Made by a program: the position numbers and the translations under genes
The notes under the pieces: model-generated
Told to the model about the DNA's origin: nothing
Seen by the model: the letters and a program-made list of their open reading frames with translations, nothing else
The model's database searches: none
In this document: piece after piece, positions 1-11,749 of the stretch
How the letters are laid out: each line of letters starts with the position of its first letter
Position numbering within the stretch: the stretch's first letter is position 1
Source of the DNA: Escherichia coli
GTDB lineage: Bacteria; Pseudomonadota; Gammaproteobacteria; Enterobacterales; Enterobacteriaceae
Assembly (NCBI RefSeq): GCF_009931435.1
Contig: NZ_CP043414.1
Length of the DNA: 64,000 bases
Direction: 5' to 3' (one strand)

Positions 1-580
1 GATAATTACGCAGCGTTTCTTCGGCTATTTGTAATTGCGCATAAGCCAGTTGCTGATTGAAATAGCTTTGCGCGACATTAGAAACCAGCAGAATATGCAC
101 CGCGCGCTGAGCTTCCTCAGTAGCTAAATAATTTTGTCGCTCGGCTTCGCTCATATTCTTTAAGCGACCGAAAAAATCGAGATCAAAGCTGGCGTTAAGG
201 CCAGTCGAGAACTCCCGCGTCGTGGCGGTATTCCCTTTAAGATTGCCGCTCCAGCTGCCGCTACCCTCGCCATTGAGCTGTGGGTAGCGGTCGGCATCGG
301 TCAGACGATATTGCGCCCGCGCTTCCTGCACTTTCAGCGTCGCCATGCGCAAATCCCGGTTATTCACCAGCGCCTCGCTAATCAGCGTCTTCACCTGATT
401 ATCAACAAAAAAGGTGCGCCAGCCCGCGTTCTGGTAGTTATCTACCGCGTTAACCAGGCCGTTCTGGCTGAGTGAGAACTGCTGCGGCACGGGCATTGCC
501 GGACGCTGATAATCCGGTGCCAGTGAACAACCGGTTAGCGCAAGGGCCACACAAAATGGCAGAAGTTTACAAGGAGACAT
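1..580 (-). CDS. cusC: Copper/silver efflux outer membrane factor CusC, 5' portion only (gene runs off the window start)
   Basis: Reverse-strand translation from about 580 gives a lipoprotein signal peptide and OMF-like N-terminus; divergent from cusRS as in K-12. Confidence 0.8.
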   Translation of the reverse strand, partial: MSPCKLLPFCVALALTGCSLAPDYQRPAMPVPQQFSLSQNGLVNAVDNYQNAGWRTFFVDNQVKTLISEALVNNRDLRMATLKVQEARAQYRLTDADRYPQLNGEGSGSWSGNLKGNTATTREFSTGLNASFDLDFFGRLKNMSEAERQNYLATEEAQRAVHILLVSNVAQSYFNQQLAYAQLQIAEETLRNY

Positions 581-649
581 AGGCACATAATTTCTGGTGA
601 TTTTATGCCGCCAACTTTACACGCCAGGCTCTGATTTTCCGGTGACAGG

Positions 650-671
650 AAAATGACAAAATTGTCATTTT
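650..671. promoter_or_regulatory. CusR box: palindrome AAAATGACAA-nn-TTGTCATTTT in the cusC-cusR divergent intergenic region
   Basis: Perfect inverted repeat read directly; matches the known copper-box consensus by recall. Confidence 0.6.
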
Positions 672-736
672 GCCAATAAGCGATTGCCATCTGATCCCGC
701 TACTCTAGAATTGCCCGGGCAACATGCGGAGGAAAT

Positions 737-1420
737 ATGAAACTGTTGATTGTCGAAGATGAAAAGAAAACCGGCGAATACTTAACCAAAGGGTTAACCG
801 AGGCCGGTTTTGTGGTTGATTTGGCCGATAACGGGCTGAATGGATATCATCTGGCGATGACAGGTGATTATGACCTGATAATCCTCGATATTATGCTGCC
901 GGACGTGAACGGCTGGGATATTGTGCGCATGTTGCGTTCCGCCAATAAAGGGATGCCGATTCTGTTGCTTACCGCGCTTGGCACCATTGAACATCGCGTC
1001 AAGGGGCTGGAGCTGGGAGCGGATGACTATCTGGTGAAGCCGTTCGCTTTTGCTGAACTGCTGGCACGGGTGCGCACTCTACTGCGGCGCGGGGCGGCGG
1101 TAATTATCGAAAGTCAGTTTCAGGTTGCCGATTTAATGGTTGATCTGGTCAGCCGCAAAGTCACCCGCAGCGGCACGCGCATCACTTTGACCAGTAAAGA
1201 ATTTACTCTGCTGGAGTTTTTCCTCCGCCATCAGGGTGAAGTGCTGCCCCGCTCGCTTATCGCCTCGCAGGTGTGGGACATGAATTTCGACAGCGACACT
1301 AACGCTATTGATGTGGCGGTGAAGCGGCTACGCGGCAAAATCGACAATGATTTCGAGCCAAAGTTAATTCAGACCGTACGCGGCGTAGGTTACATGCTTG
1401 AGGTGCCGGATGGCCAGTAA
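737..1420 (+). CDS. cusR: Copper-responsive response regulator CusR (OmpR family)
   Basis: ORF track 227 aa; receiver domain plus winged-helix C-terminus; followed by overlapping sensor kinase gene. Confidence 0.93.
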
Positions 1421-2852
1421 GCCGTTTCAGCGCCCGTTTTCGCTGGCAACCCGCCTGACCTTTTTTATCAGCCTTGCCACCATTGCAGCGTTTTTCGTCT
1501 TTGCCTGGATCATGATCCACTCGGTAAAAGTGCATTTTGCCGAGCAGGATATTAATGATTTAAAAGAGATTAGCGCCACATTCAAGCGCGTTCTTAATCA
1601 TCCCGAAGAGACACAAGCCCGACGCTTAATGACGCTGGAAGATATCGTCAGTGGTTATTCCAACGTGTTGATTTCTCTGGCAGATAGCCACGGTAAAACG
1701 GTGTATCACTCCCCCGGTGCGCCGGATATCCGCGAGTTTGCACGTGATGCCATACCCGATAAAGACGCTCGGAGCGGCGAGGTGTATCTCCTTTCCGGCC
1801 CGACAATGATGATGCCAGGCCACGGTCACGGGCATATGGAACACAGCAACTGGCGGATGATTAACTTGCCGGTTGGCCCGTTGGTGGACGGCAAACCGAT
1901 TTATACGCTCTACATCGCGCTGTCTATCGATTTTCATCTTCATTACATTAATGATTTGATGAATAAACTTATTATGACCGCATCGATCATCAGCATCCTG
2001 ATCGTCTTTATCGTGCTGCTGGCGGTACATAAAGGCCACGCGCCAATTCGCAGCGTCAGCCGTCAAATCCAGAACATTACCTCGAAAGATCTCGACGTTC
2101 GCCTCGATCCACAGACCGTGCCCATTGAACTCGAACAACTGGTGCTGTCGTTCAACCATATGATCGAGCGTATCGAGGATGTCTTTACCCGCCAGTCCAA
2201 TTTCTCAGCGGATATCGCCCACGAAATTCGCACGCCGATTACGAATCTTATAACGCAAACGGAAATCGCCCTCAGCCAGTCGCGCAGCCAGAAGGAGCTG
2301 GAAGATGTGCTCTACTCTAATCTCGAAGAGCTGACGCGAATGGCGAAAATGGTCAGCGATATGCTGTTTCTCGCTCAGGCCGATAACAACCAGTTAATCC
2401 CCGAAAAGAAAATGCTCAACCTGGCGGATGAAGTCGGCAAAGTGTTCGATTTTTTCGAGGCGTTAGCGGAAGATCGCGGCGTGGAGTTGCGGTTTGTTGG
2501 TGACGAGTGTCAGGTTGCGGGCGATCCGCTGATGTTGCGTCGGGCGTTAAGCAACCTGCTTTCTAACGCCCTGCGTTATACGCCGCCCGGAGAGGCAATT
2601 GTAGTGCGCTGCCAGACGGTCGATCACCAGGTGCAAGTTACCGTCGAAAACCCCGGTACGCCCATTGCGCCCGAGCATTTACCGCGTTTGTTTGACCGTT
2701 TCTACCGCGTTGATCCTTCCCGCCAGCGAAAAGGTGAAGGTAGCGGTATTGGGCTGGCGATAGTGAAATCGATTGTTGTCGCGCATAAAGGCACGGTTGC
2801 GGTAACGTCAGATGCGCGGGGAACAAGGTTTGTTATCATATTACCCGCTTAA
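1410..2852 (+). CDS. cusS: Copper/silver sensor histidine kinase CusS
   Basis: ORF track 1398..2852; ATG at 1410 (MASKPF...) overlaps the cusR stop; two TM segments, H-box and HATPase motifs. Confidence 0.9.
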
Positions 2853-3001
2853 TCCTTCAGCAATCGGCAACTTTTATAACCAGTGTAAAAATAACGTGCC
2901 GCAATAATCCTACCTATTAATGATAAAAAGCTGTCACAATTCATAAAAAACTTTAATATACGCCACCCTAAACATAACCAGCGTTAATGTAAGGTTTTTG
3001 T

Positions 3002-5239
3002 GTGGACTGGCTTCTTGATGTTTTTGCAACCTGGCTATATGGCTTAAAAGTAATCGCGATAACGTTAGCGGTCATCATGTTCATCAGCGGGCTGGACGAT
3101 TTTTTTATTGATGTCGTCTACTGGGTACGCCGCATTAAACGCAAGTTGAGTGTTTATCGCCGCTACCCGCGAATGAGTTACCGCGAACTGTATAAACCAG
3201 ATGAAAAACCGTTAGCGATTATGGTTCCGGCGTGGAATGAAACGGGCGTCATCGGCAATATGGCCGAGCTGGCGGCGACCACGCTCGACTATGAAAACTA
3301 TCATATCTTTGTTGGCACCTACCCCAACGACCCCGATACTCAGCGTGATGTTGACGAAGTGTGCGCTCGCTTCCCAAACGTGCATAAGGTAGTCTGCGCT
3401 CGTCCTGGCCCCACCAGCAAAGCCGACTGCCTGAACAACGTGCTGGACGCCATCACCCAGTTTGAGCGTAGCGCCAATTTCGCTTTTGCTGGTTTTATTC
3501 TGCATGACGCCGAAGACGTAATTTCACCGATGGAATTGCGTCTGTTCAACTATCTGGTCGAGCGTAAAGATCTGATTCAGATCCCGGTATACCCATTCGA
3601 ACGCGAATGGACGCACTTCACCAGCATGACTTACATTGATGAGTTTTCAGAACTGCATGGCAAAGATGTTCCGGTGCGTGAAGCCCTCGCCGGACAGGTG
3701 CCCAGCGCAGGCGTCGGTACTTGTTTCAGCCGCCGCGCCGTGACCGCACTGTTAGCTGACGGTGACGGTATTGCTTTCGACGTGCAGAGTCTTACTGAAG
3801 ATTACGACATTGGTTTCCGCCTGAAAGAAAAAGGTATGACGGAAATTTTTGTCCGTTTTCCGGTGGTGGACGAAGCCAAAGAACGCGAGCAGCGTAAATT
3901 TTTACAGCACGCGCGGACGTCAAACATGATCTGCGTGCGCGAATATTTCCCCGATACCTTTTCGACGGCGGTTCGACAAAAGTCTCGCTGGATCATCGGC
4001 ATTGTTTTCCAGGGCTTTAAAACCCATAAATGGACCTCCAGCCTGACACTCAACTACTTTCTCTGGCGCGACCGCAAAGGGGCAATCAGTAACTTTGTCA
4101 GCTTCCTCGCGATGCTGGTGATGATCCAGCTTTTGCTGTTACTGGCGTATGAAAGTTTGTGGCCCGATGCCTGGCATTTCCTTTCTATTTTCAGCGGCAG
4201 CACATGGTTAATGACCCTGCTGTGGCTAAACTTTGGTTTGATGGTTAACCGCATCGTGCAGCGGGTGATTTTTGTCACTGGCTACTACGGTCTGACGCAG
4301 GGGCTGCTATCTGTCCTGCGTCTTTTCTGGGGCAACCTGATTAACTTCATGGCCAACTGGCGCGCGTTAAAACAGGTGCTTCAACACGGCGATCCACGTC
4401 GCGTCGCGTGGGATAAAACAACGCATGACTTCCCCAGCGTCACTGGCGATACCCGCTCGTTGCGCCCGTTAGGTCAAATTCTGCTGGAAAATCAGGTCAT
4501 CACTGAAGAACAACTCGATACGGCACTGCGTAATCGTGTCGAAGGTCTACGCCTGGGCGGTTCAATGCTGATGCAGGGGCTGATTAGCGCCGAACAGCTG
4601 GCACAGGCACTGGCAGAGCAAAACGGCGTGGCGTGGGAGTCCATCGATGCCTGGCAGATCCCTTCTTCGCTGATTGCCGCGATGCCGGCCTCCGTGGCGC
4701 TGCATTATGCGGTGCTACCGCTGCGTCTGGAAAATGATGAGTTAATTGTCGGCAGTGAAGATGGTATTGACCCGGTTTCGCTGGCAGCCCTGACGCGTAA
4801 AGTTGGACGCAAAGTGCGTTACGTCATTGTTCTGCGAGGACAAATTGTCACCGGATTACGTCACTGGTATGCACGTCGACGCGGTCACGATCCACGGGCA
4901 ATGTTGTACAATGCGGTTCAGCATCAGTGGCTCACGGAACAACAGGCCGGTGAAATCTGGCGGCAATATGTGCCGCATCAGTTCCTGTTCGCCGAAATAC
5001 TGACCACGCTCGGTCATATTAATCGTTCAGCAATTAACGTGTTGTTATTGCGCCATGAACGCAGTTCTCTGCCGCTCGGCAAGTTTTTGGTCACCGAAGG
5101 CGTTATCAGCCAGGAAACGTTGGATCGCGTCCTGACAATTCAGCGCGAATTACAAGTTTCGATGCAATCACTATTACTCAAAGCAGGTTTAAACACAGAA
5201 CAGGTTGCGCAACTGGAGTCCGAAAATGAAGGAGAATAA
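3002..5239 (+). CDS. nfrB: Phage N4 adsorption protein B (inner membrane glycosyltransferase family)
   Basis: ORF track 745 aa, alternative (GTG) start; recognised as NfrB; K-12 gene order. Confidence 0.88.
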   Translation: MDWLLDVFATWLYGLKVIAITLAVIMFISGLDDFFIDVVYWVRRIKRKLSVYRRYPRMSYRELYKPDEKPLAIMVPAWNETGVIGNMAELAATTLDYENYHIFVGTYPNDPDTQRDVDEVCARFPNVHKVVCARPGPTSKADCLNNVLDAITQFERSANFAFAGFILHDAEDVISPMELRLFNYLVERKDLIQIPVYPFEREWTHFTSMTYIDEFSELHGKDVPVREALAGQVPSAGVGTCFSRRAVTALLADGDGIAFDVQSLTEDYDIGFRLKEKGMTEIFVRFPVVDEAKEREQRKFLQHARTSNMICVREYFPDTFSTAVRQKSRWIIGIVFQGFKTHKWTSSLTLNYFLWRDRKGAISNFVSFLAMLVMIQLLLLLAYESLWPDAWHFLSIFSGSTWLMTLLWLNFGLMVNRIVQRVIFVTGYYGLTQGLLSVLRLFWGNLINFMANWRALKQVLQHGDPRRVAWDKTTHDFPSVTGDTRSLRPLGQILLENQVITEEQLDTALRNRVEGLRLGGSMLMQGLISAEQLAQALAEQNGVAWESIDAWQIPSSLIAAMPASVALHYAVLPLRLENDELIVGSEDGIDPVSLAALTRKVGRKVRYVIVLRGQIVTGLRHWYARRRGHDPRAMLYNAVQHQWLTEQQAGEIWRQYVPHQFLFAEILTTLGHINRSAINVLLLRHERSSLPLGKFLVTEGVISQETLDRVLTIQRELQVSMQSLLLKAGLNTEQVAQLESENEGE

Positions 5240-8198
5240 CCTTAATCGCGTCATCGGATGGTCTGGTTTACTGCTGACGTCTTTATTGAGTACCAGCGCA
5301 CTCGCAGACAATATCGGCACCAGCGCAGAAGAGCTGGGGCTGAGCGATTATCGCCATTTTGTTATTTATCCCCGTCTCGATAAGGCGCTGAAGGCACAGA
5401 AAAATAACGACGAAGCAACCGCCATCCGCGAATTTGAATATATACACCAGCAGGTGCCGGATAATATTCCGCTGACTTTATACCTTGCGGAAGCCTATCG
5501 CCATTTTGGTCATGATGACCGGGCGCGGCTGTTGCTTGAGGATCAACTGAAACGTCACCCAGGAGATGCCCGACTTGAGCGCAGTCTGGCGGCTATTCCA
5601 GTTGAAGTGAAAAGCGTTACGACTGTTGAAGAACTGCTTGCCCAGCAAAAAGCGTGCGACGCTGCGCCGACCCTGCGTTGTCGCAGTGAAGTCGGGCAGA
5701 ATGCCCTGCGGCTGGCACAATTACCTGTCGCCAGAGCGCAACTGAACGATGCGACGTTTGCTGCATCGCCGGAAGGAAAAACGCTGCGAACCGATCTGCT
5801 GCAACGCGCAATCTACCTGAAACAATGGTCCCAGGCAGATACGCTATACAATGAAGCACGCCAGCAGAACACATTAAGCGCGGCAGAACGCCGTCAGTGG
5901 TTTGACGTGCTTCTTGCCGGGCAGCTGGATGATCGGATCCTGGCGCTGCAATCACAGGGGATCTTCACCGATCCGCAGTCATATATTACTTACGCGACCG
6001 CGCTGGCTTATCGTGGCGAGAAAGCACGCCTCCAGCATTATCTCATTGAAAATAAGCCGCTGTTTACCACGGACGCACAAGAGAAAAGTTGGCTCTATCT
6101 GTTATCTAAATACAGCGCCAACCCCGTTCAGGCGTTGGCGAATTATACGGTACAGTTTGCCGATAACCGCCAGTATGTTGTTGGCGCGACGCTACCGGTG
6201 CTGTTAAAAGAAGGTCAGTACGACGCAGCGCAAAAACTGCTCGCCACCCTCCCCGCCAATGAAATGCTTGAGGAGCGTTATACCGTCAGCGTGGCGACTC
6301 ATAACAAGGCTGAAGCTCTGCGTCTGGCACGATTGCTGTATCAGCAAGAACCGACAAATCTTACCCGCCTGGATCAACTGACCTGGCAACTGATGCAGAA
6401 CGAGCAGTCACGCGAAGCTGCCGATTTGTTGCTGCAACGCTATCCCTTCCAGGGCGATGCGCGCGTCAGCCAGACTTTAATGACGCGACTAGCGTCTCTG
6501 CTGGAAAGTCATCCTTACCTGGCAACTCCGGCGAAGGTGGCGATTTTATCGAAACCCTTACCGCTGGCGGAGCAACGTCAGTGGCAAAGTCAGTTGCCGG
6601 GTATTGCAGATAATTGCCCAGCAATCGTTCGCTTGCTGGGCGATATGTCGCCTTCCTACGATGCCGCCGCCTGGAACCGTCTGGCAAAGTGTTATCGGGA
6701 CACGCTACCCGGTGTGGCGTTGTATGCATGGCTTCAGGCCGAACAACGGCAACCGAACGCCTGGCAACATCGTGCGGTAGCCTATCAGGCGTATCAGGTT
6801 GAGGATTACGCCACCGCACTGGCGGCCTGGCAGAAAATCAGTCTTCACGACATGAGCAATGAGGATCTGCTTGCTGCTGCCAATACCGCCCAGGCGGCAG
6901 GAAATGGTGCGGCTCGCGATCGCTGGCTTCAGCAGGCAGAACAACGTGGGCTGGGAAACAATGCCCTCTACTGGTGGCTGCATGCGCAACGTTACATTCC
7001 TGGTCAGCCGGAACTCGCACTGAACGATCTCACGCGCTCAATCAATATTGCGCCTTCTGCCAACGCTTACGTTGCGCGGGCGACAATTTATCGCCAACGT
7101 CATAATGTCCCGGCGGCGGTGAGTGATTTGCGCGCCGCTCTGGAACTGGAACCGAATAATAGCAACACCCAGGCAGCGCTCGGTTACGCCTTGTGGGATA
7201 GCGGTGATATCGCACAGTCGCGGGAAATGCTCGAACAGGCGCATAAAGGGCTACCGGACGATCCGGCACTTATCCGACAACTGGCCTACGTGAACCAGCG
7301 TCTGGATGATATGCCTGCGACGCAGCACTACGCCCGTCTGGTGATTGATGACATTGATAATCAGGCGCTGATAACCCCACTGACCCCAGAGCAAAATCAG
7401 CAACGCTTCAATTTCCGCCGTCTGCATGAGGAGGTCGGTCGCCGCTGGACGTTCAGTTTCGATTCTTCTATCGGCTTGCGTTCCGGCGCAATGAGTACCG
7501 CTAACAATAATGTTGGCGGCGCAGCGCCAGGGAAAAGCTATCGTAGCTACGGGCAACTGGAAGCCGAGTACCGCATCGGACGCAATATGCTGCTGGAAGG
7601 CGACCTGCTCTCGGTTTACAGCCGTGTATTTGCCGATACCGGAGAAAACGGGGTGATGATGCCGGTGAAAAATCCGATGTCCGGCACCGGTCTGCGCTGG
7701 AAGCCGCTGCGCGATCAGATCTTTTTCCTCGCCGTCGAACAGCAATTGCCGCTGAACGGACAAAACGGCGCATCCGATACCATGCTGCGCGCCAGCGCCT
7801 CATTCTTTAATGGCGGCAAATACAGCGACGAATGGCACCCGAACGGTTCAGGCTGGTTTGCCCAAAACCTGTACCTCGATGCGGCGCAATATGTCCGCCA
7901 GGATATTCAGGCGTGGACGGCAGATTATCGCTTAAGCTGGCATCAGAAGGTGGCGAACGGACAGACTATTGAGCCTTACGCTCACGTTCAGGACAACGGT
8001 TATCGTGATAAAGGCACTCAGGGCGCGCAGCTTGGCGGTGTCGGGGTCCGCTGGAATATCTGGACCGGCGAGACGCACTACGACGCCTGGCCGCACAAAG
8101 TCAGTCTCGGCGTCGAATATCAACATACCTTTAAGGCGATTAATCAACGTAACGGAGAGCGCAACAACGCGTTTCTCACCATTGGAGTGCACTGGTAA
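5226..8198 (+). CDS. nfrA: Phage N4 receptor outer membrane protein NfrA (TPR-containing)
   Basis: ORF track 5205..8198; internal Met (MKENNL) gives 990 aa; signal peptide; overlaps nfrB end. Confidence 0.88.
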   Translation: MKENNLNRVIGWSGLLLTSLLSTSALADNIGTSAEELGLSDYRHFVIYPRLDKALKAQKNNDEATAIREFEYIHQQVPDNIPLTLYLAEAYRHFGHDDRARLLLEDQLKRHPGDARLERSLAAIPVEVKSVTTVEELLAQQKACDAAPTLRCRSEVGQNALRLAQLPVARAQLNDATFAASPEGKTLRTDLLQRAIYLKQWSQADTLYNEARQQNTLSAAERRQWFDVLLAGQLDDRILALQSQGIFTDPQSYITYATALAYRGEKARLQHYLIENKPLFTTDAQEKSWLYLLSKYSANPVQALANYTVQFADNRQYVVGATLPVLLKEGQYDAAQKLLATLPANEMLEERYTVSVATHNKAEALRLARLLYQQEPTNLTRLDQLTWQLMQNEQSREAADLLLQRYPFQGDARVSQTLMTRLASLLESHPYLATPAKVAILSKPLPLAEQRQWQSQLPGIADNCPAIVRLLGDMSPSYDAAAWNRLAKCYRDTLPGVALYAWLQAEQRQPNAWQHRAVAYQAYQVEDYATALAAWQKISLHDMSNEDLLAAANTAQAAGNGAARDRWLQQAEQRGLGNNALYWWLHAQRYIPGQPELALNDLTRSINIAPSANAYVARATIYRQRHNVPAAVSDLRAALELEPNNSNTQAALGYALWDSGDIAQSREMLEQAHKGLPDDPALIRQLAYVNQRLDDMPATQHYARLVIDDIDNQALITPLTPEQNQQRFNFRRLHEEVGRRWTFSFDSSIGLRSGAMSTANNNVGGAAPGKSYRSYGQLEAEYRIGRNMLLEGDLLSVYSRVFADTGENGVMMPVKNPMSGTGLRWKPLRDQIFFLAVEQQLPLNGQNGASDTMLRASASFFNGGKYSDEWHPNGSGWFAQNLYLDAAQYVRQDIQAWTADYRLSWHQKVANGQTIEPYAHVQDNGYRDKGTQGAQLGGVGVRWNIWTGETHYDAWPHKVSLGVEYQHTFKAINQRNGERNNAFLTIGVHW

Positions 8199-9089
8199 AT
8201 GCGTAAGTTCATTTTCGTATTGCTGACACTGCTTTTGGTCAGCCCTTTTTCCTTTGCGATGAAAGGTATTATCTGGCAACCACAAAACCGTGATAGTCAG
8301 GTTACCGATACCCAGTGGCAGGGGCTGATGAGTCAGTTACGTTTGCAAGGCTTCGATACCCTGGTTTTGCAATGGACCCGTTACGGCGATGCATTCACCC
8401 AGCCAGAACAGCGCGCGTTATTGTTTAAGCGTGCCGCAGCTGCGCAACAGGCTGGCCTGAAGCTGATTGTCGGGCTGAATGCCGATCCGGAATTTTTTAT
8501 GCACCAGAAACAGTCATCCGCGGCGCTGGAAAGCTATCTTAATCGCCTGCTGGCTGCCGATCTCCAGCAAGCCAGATTATGGAGCGCCGTACCTGGCGTA
8601 ACGCCGGATGGCTGGTACATCAGCGCGGAAATTGACGACCTGAACTGGCGCAGCGAAGCCGCCCGTCAGCCTTTGCTGACATGGTTAAACAACGCGCAGC
8701 GGTTGATTAGCGATGTTTCAGCAAAACCGGTTTATATCAGTAGTTTTTTCGCCGGAAACATGTCGCCCGATGGCTATCGCCAACTGCTGGAACACGTTAA
8801 AGCAACCGGCGTTAATGTCTGGGTACAGGATGGCAGCGGCGTGGATAAACTTACTGCTGAACAGCGTGAACGTTATCTACAGGCCAGCGCCGATTGCCAA
8901 AGCTCCGCCCCAGCAAGCGGCATTGTTTATGAACTGTTTGTCGCCGGCAAAGGCAAAACCTTTACAGCGAAACCGAAACCGGATGCAGAGATCGCCTCGC
9001 TGTTAGCGAAACGTTCCTCTTGTGGTAAAGACACGCTCTATTTCTCTCTGCGCTATTTGCCCGTCGCGCACGGCATTCTCGAGTATTAA
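8199..9089 (+). CDS. ybcH: Secreted protein YbcH
   Basis: ORF track 296 aa with signal peptide; immediately downstream of nfrA as in K-12. Confidence 0.75.
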   Translation: MRKFIFVLLTLLLVSPFSFAMKGIIWQPQNRDSQVTDTQWQGLMSQLRLQGFDTLVLQWTRYGDAFTQPEQRALLFKRAAAAQQAGLKLIVGLNADPEFFMHQKQSSAALESYLNRLLAADLQQARLWSAVPGVTPDGWYISAEIDDLNWRSEAARQPLLTWLNNAQRLISDVSAKPVYISSFFAGNMSPDGYRQLLEHVKATGVNVWVQDGSGVDKLTAEQRERYLQASADCQSSAPASGIVYELFVAGKGKTFTAKPKPDAEIASLLAKRSSCGKDTLYFSLRYLPVAHGILEY

Positions 9090-9271
9090 ATCTCCTCCAG
9101 GTAAGTCGGGTACGACCTGGCTTACCTCTTTCGCTCTCGTCAGAATTCCATCAAGATTAATTGCTAAAAAGCGTGCTAAAGAAAGAAGATCGTTATCGGC
9201 GAACGGGCCGATCACTCATGCAGGAAGCATAGATCCTTTGAGCGGAGTTTCTGATATCTGAGGAGTGCGAA

Positions 9272-10033
9272 ATGCAATTGAGCAGCAGTGAACCTTGCGT
9301 GGTGATCCTGACCGAAAAAGAGGTAGAGGTAAGCGTCAATAACCATGCCACGTTTACCCTTCCGAAAAATTACCTGGCCGCCTTCGCGTGCAACAATAAC
9401 GTCATTGAACTCTCAACGTTAAATCACGTATTAATCACCCACATCAACCGTAACATCATCAACGATTATCTGTTGTTTTTAAATAAGAACTTAACCTGTG
9501 TAAAGCCCTGGTCGCGGCTGGCTACCCCGGTTATCGCTTGTCATAGCCGTACACCGGAAGTGTTCCGGCTAGCCGCCAACCACAGCAAGCAGCAACCCAG
9601 CAAACCCTGCGAAGCGGAGTTGACGCGCGCATTGCTTTTTACCGTATTGTCTAACTTTCTTGAGCAATCGCGGTTTATTGCCCTACTGATGTATATCTTA
9701 CGCAGCAGCGTCCGCGACAGCGTCTGCCGCATTATTCAAAGCGATATTCAGCATTACTGGAATCTGCGAATTGTCGCCAGTTCGCTCTGTTTAAGCCCCA
9801 GCCTGCTCAAAAAGAAATTAAAAAACGAAAATACCAGCTATAGCCAGATTGTCACAGAGTGTCGTATGCGTTACGCCGTACAGATGTTATTGATGGATAA
9901 CAAAAATATCACTCAGGTGGCACAATTGTGTGGGTATAGCAGCACGTCGTACTTTATCTCTGTTTTTAAGGCGTTTTACGGCCTGACACCGTTGAATTAT
10001 CTCGCCAAACAGCGACAAAAAGTGATGTGGTGA
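9272..10033 (+). CDS. envY: AraC-family porin thermoregulator EnvY
   Basis: ORF track 253 aa; C-terminal AraC-type HTH; K-12 position next to ompT. Confidence 0.8.
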   Translation: MQLSSSEPCVVILTEKEVEVSVNNHATFTLPKNYLAAFACNNNVIELSTLNHVLITHINRNIINDYLLFLNKNLTCVKPWSRLATPVIACHSRTPEVFRLAANHSKQQPSKPCEAELTRALLFTVLSNFLEQSRFIALLMYILRSSVRDSVCRIIQSDIQHYWNLRIVASSLCLSPSLLKKKLKNENTSYSQIVTECRMRYAVQMLLMDNKNITQVAQLCGYSSTSYFISVFKAFYGLTPLNYLAKQRQKVMW

Positions 10034-10078
10034 AGGGCAAAGCGGAAACAGATAAGACTGGCATAAATGAAGAAGAAA

Positions 10079-10123
10079 TGGCGCGCCCTGCAGGATTCGA
10101 ACCTGCGGCCCACGACTTAGAAG
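10079..10123 (-). repeat. 45-bp copy of the 3' end of tRNA-Arg (prophage attachment-site repeat, distal end)
   Basis: Sequence tggcgcgccctgcaggattcgaacctgcggcccacgacttagaag identical to 58383..58427; diverges afterwards. Confidence 0.8.
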
Positions 10124-10546
10124 TTCCTAGAACGACATTTTAAGTCAACAACTTACCGCGCCATCTCTGCGCTCACACGTCCCACTACCTCAAAACATGT
10201 AAAGCCTTGCAAGCCATTGCGAGGCCTTATGTGTCTCAGTTTTGTCCCTCTTTTTTGTACTAAAAAACATAGTAATTGAGGATAAACCTCATGCTATTTT
10301 CGCTTATATGCCTCTAAAGGCATGGCACTTAAATAGATAAAAGCACCACAAAAGCATAAAAAAACCACACAGTAAAACCGAAATATGAAACAATAACAGA
10401 TAATTAAACCAAAAACAGATAGCGCATTGTGATAATCATTCAATACTAAACAAAATATAAACAGTGGAGCAATATGTAATTGACTCATTAAGTTAGATAT
10501 AAAAAATACATATTCAATCATTAAAACGATTGAATGGAGAACTTTT

Positions 10547-11500
10547 ATGCGGGCGAAACTTCTGGGAATAGTCCTGACAACCCCTATTGCGATCAGCTCT
10601 TTTGCTTCTACCGAGACTTTATCGTTTACTCCTGACAACATAAATGCGGACATTAGTCTTGGAACTCTGAGCGGAAAAACAAAAGAGCGTGTTTATCTAG
10701 CCGAAGAAGGAGGCCGAAAAGTCAGTCAACTCGACTGGAAATTCAATAACGCTGCAATTATTAAAGGTGCAATTAATTGGGATTTGATGCCCCAGATATC
10801 TATCGGGGCTGCTGGCTGGACAACTCTCGGCAGCCGAGGTGGCAATATGGTCGATCAGGACTGGATGGATTCCAGTAACCCCGGAACCTGGACGGATGAA
10901 AGTAGACACCCTGATACACAACTCAATTATGCCAACGAATTTGATCTGAATATCAAAGGCTGGCTCCTCAACGAACCCAATTACCGCCTGGGACTCATGG
11001 CCGGATATCAGGAAAGCCGTTATAGCTTTACAGCCAGAGGTGGTTCCTATATCTACAGTTCTGAGGAGGGATTCAGAGATGATATCGGCTCCTTCCCGAA
11101 TGGAGAAAGAGCAATCGGCTACAAACAACGTTTTAAAATGCCCTACATTGGCTTGACTGGAAGTTATCGTTATGAAGATTTTGAACTCGGTGGCACATTT
11201 AAATACAGCGGCTGGGTGGAATCATCTGATAACGATGAACACTATGACCCGGGAAAAAGAATCACTTATCGCAGTAAGGTCAAAGACCAAAATTACTATT
11301 CTGTTGCAGTCAATGCAGGTTATTACGTCACACCTAACGCAAAAGTTTATGTTGAAGGCGCATGGAATCGGGTTACGAATAAAAAAGGTAATACTTCACT
11401 TTATGATCACAATAATAACACTTCAGACTACAGCAAAAATGGAGCAGGTATAGAAAACTATAACTTCATCACTACTGCTGGTCTTAAGTACACATTTTAA
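10547..11500 (+). CDS. ompT: Outer membrane protease OmpT (omptin)
   Basis: ORF track 317 aa; signal peptide; recognised omptin sequence; AT-rich flanks. Confidence 0.9.
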   Translation: MRAKLLGIVLTTPIAISSFASTETLSFTPDNINADISLGTLSGKTKERVYLAEEGGRKVSQLDWKFNNAAIIKGAINWDLMPQISIGAAGWTTLGSRGGNMVDQDWMDSSNPGTWTDESRHPDTQLNYANEFDLNIKGWLLNEPNYRLGLMAGYQESRYSFTARGGSYIYSSEEGFRDDIGSFPNGERAIGYKQRFKMPYIGLTGSYRYEDFELGGTFKYSGWVESSDNDEHYDPGKRITYRSKVKDQNYYSVAVNAGYYVTPNAKVYVEGAWNRVTNKKGNTSLYDHNNNTSDYSKNGAGIENYNFITTAGLKYTF

Positions 11501-11749
11501 GAACGCCAACTAAAATTTCCCCGAGGTGAAAATCGCCCCGGGGAATAACTAGCCATTTCAATGTAACAATTAACCCTTAAAATAAACCCAGAAGGTTATT
11601 AACTAAATCACATAGAAAACCATCAATTATAGTATGTATAAAATAGGCGACAGCAACCCAATTACAAATTAATGGTTCCAGAATATCACATCAAAAAAAA
11701 CGCTGTATAATATTATAATTAACATGTAGACAACTTGTAATAAACATTA

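Noticed and set aside
1626-2159. 177-aa minus-strand ORF inside cusS
   Set aside because: Antisense shadow of cusS
10079-10123. Possible second tRNA gene next to envY
   Set aside because: Only the 3' 45 nt of tRNA-Arg is present; it is the attachment-site duplicate, not a functional tRNA
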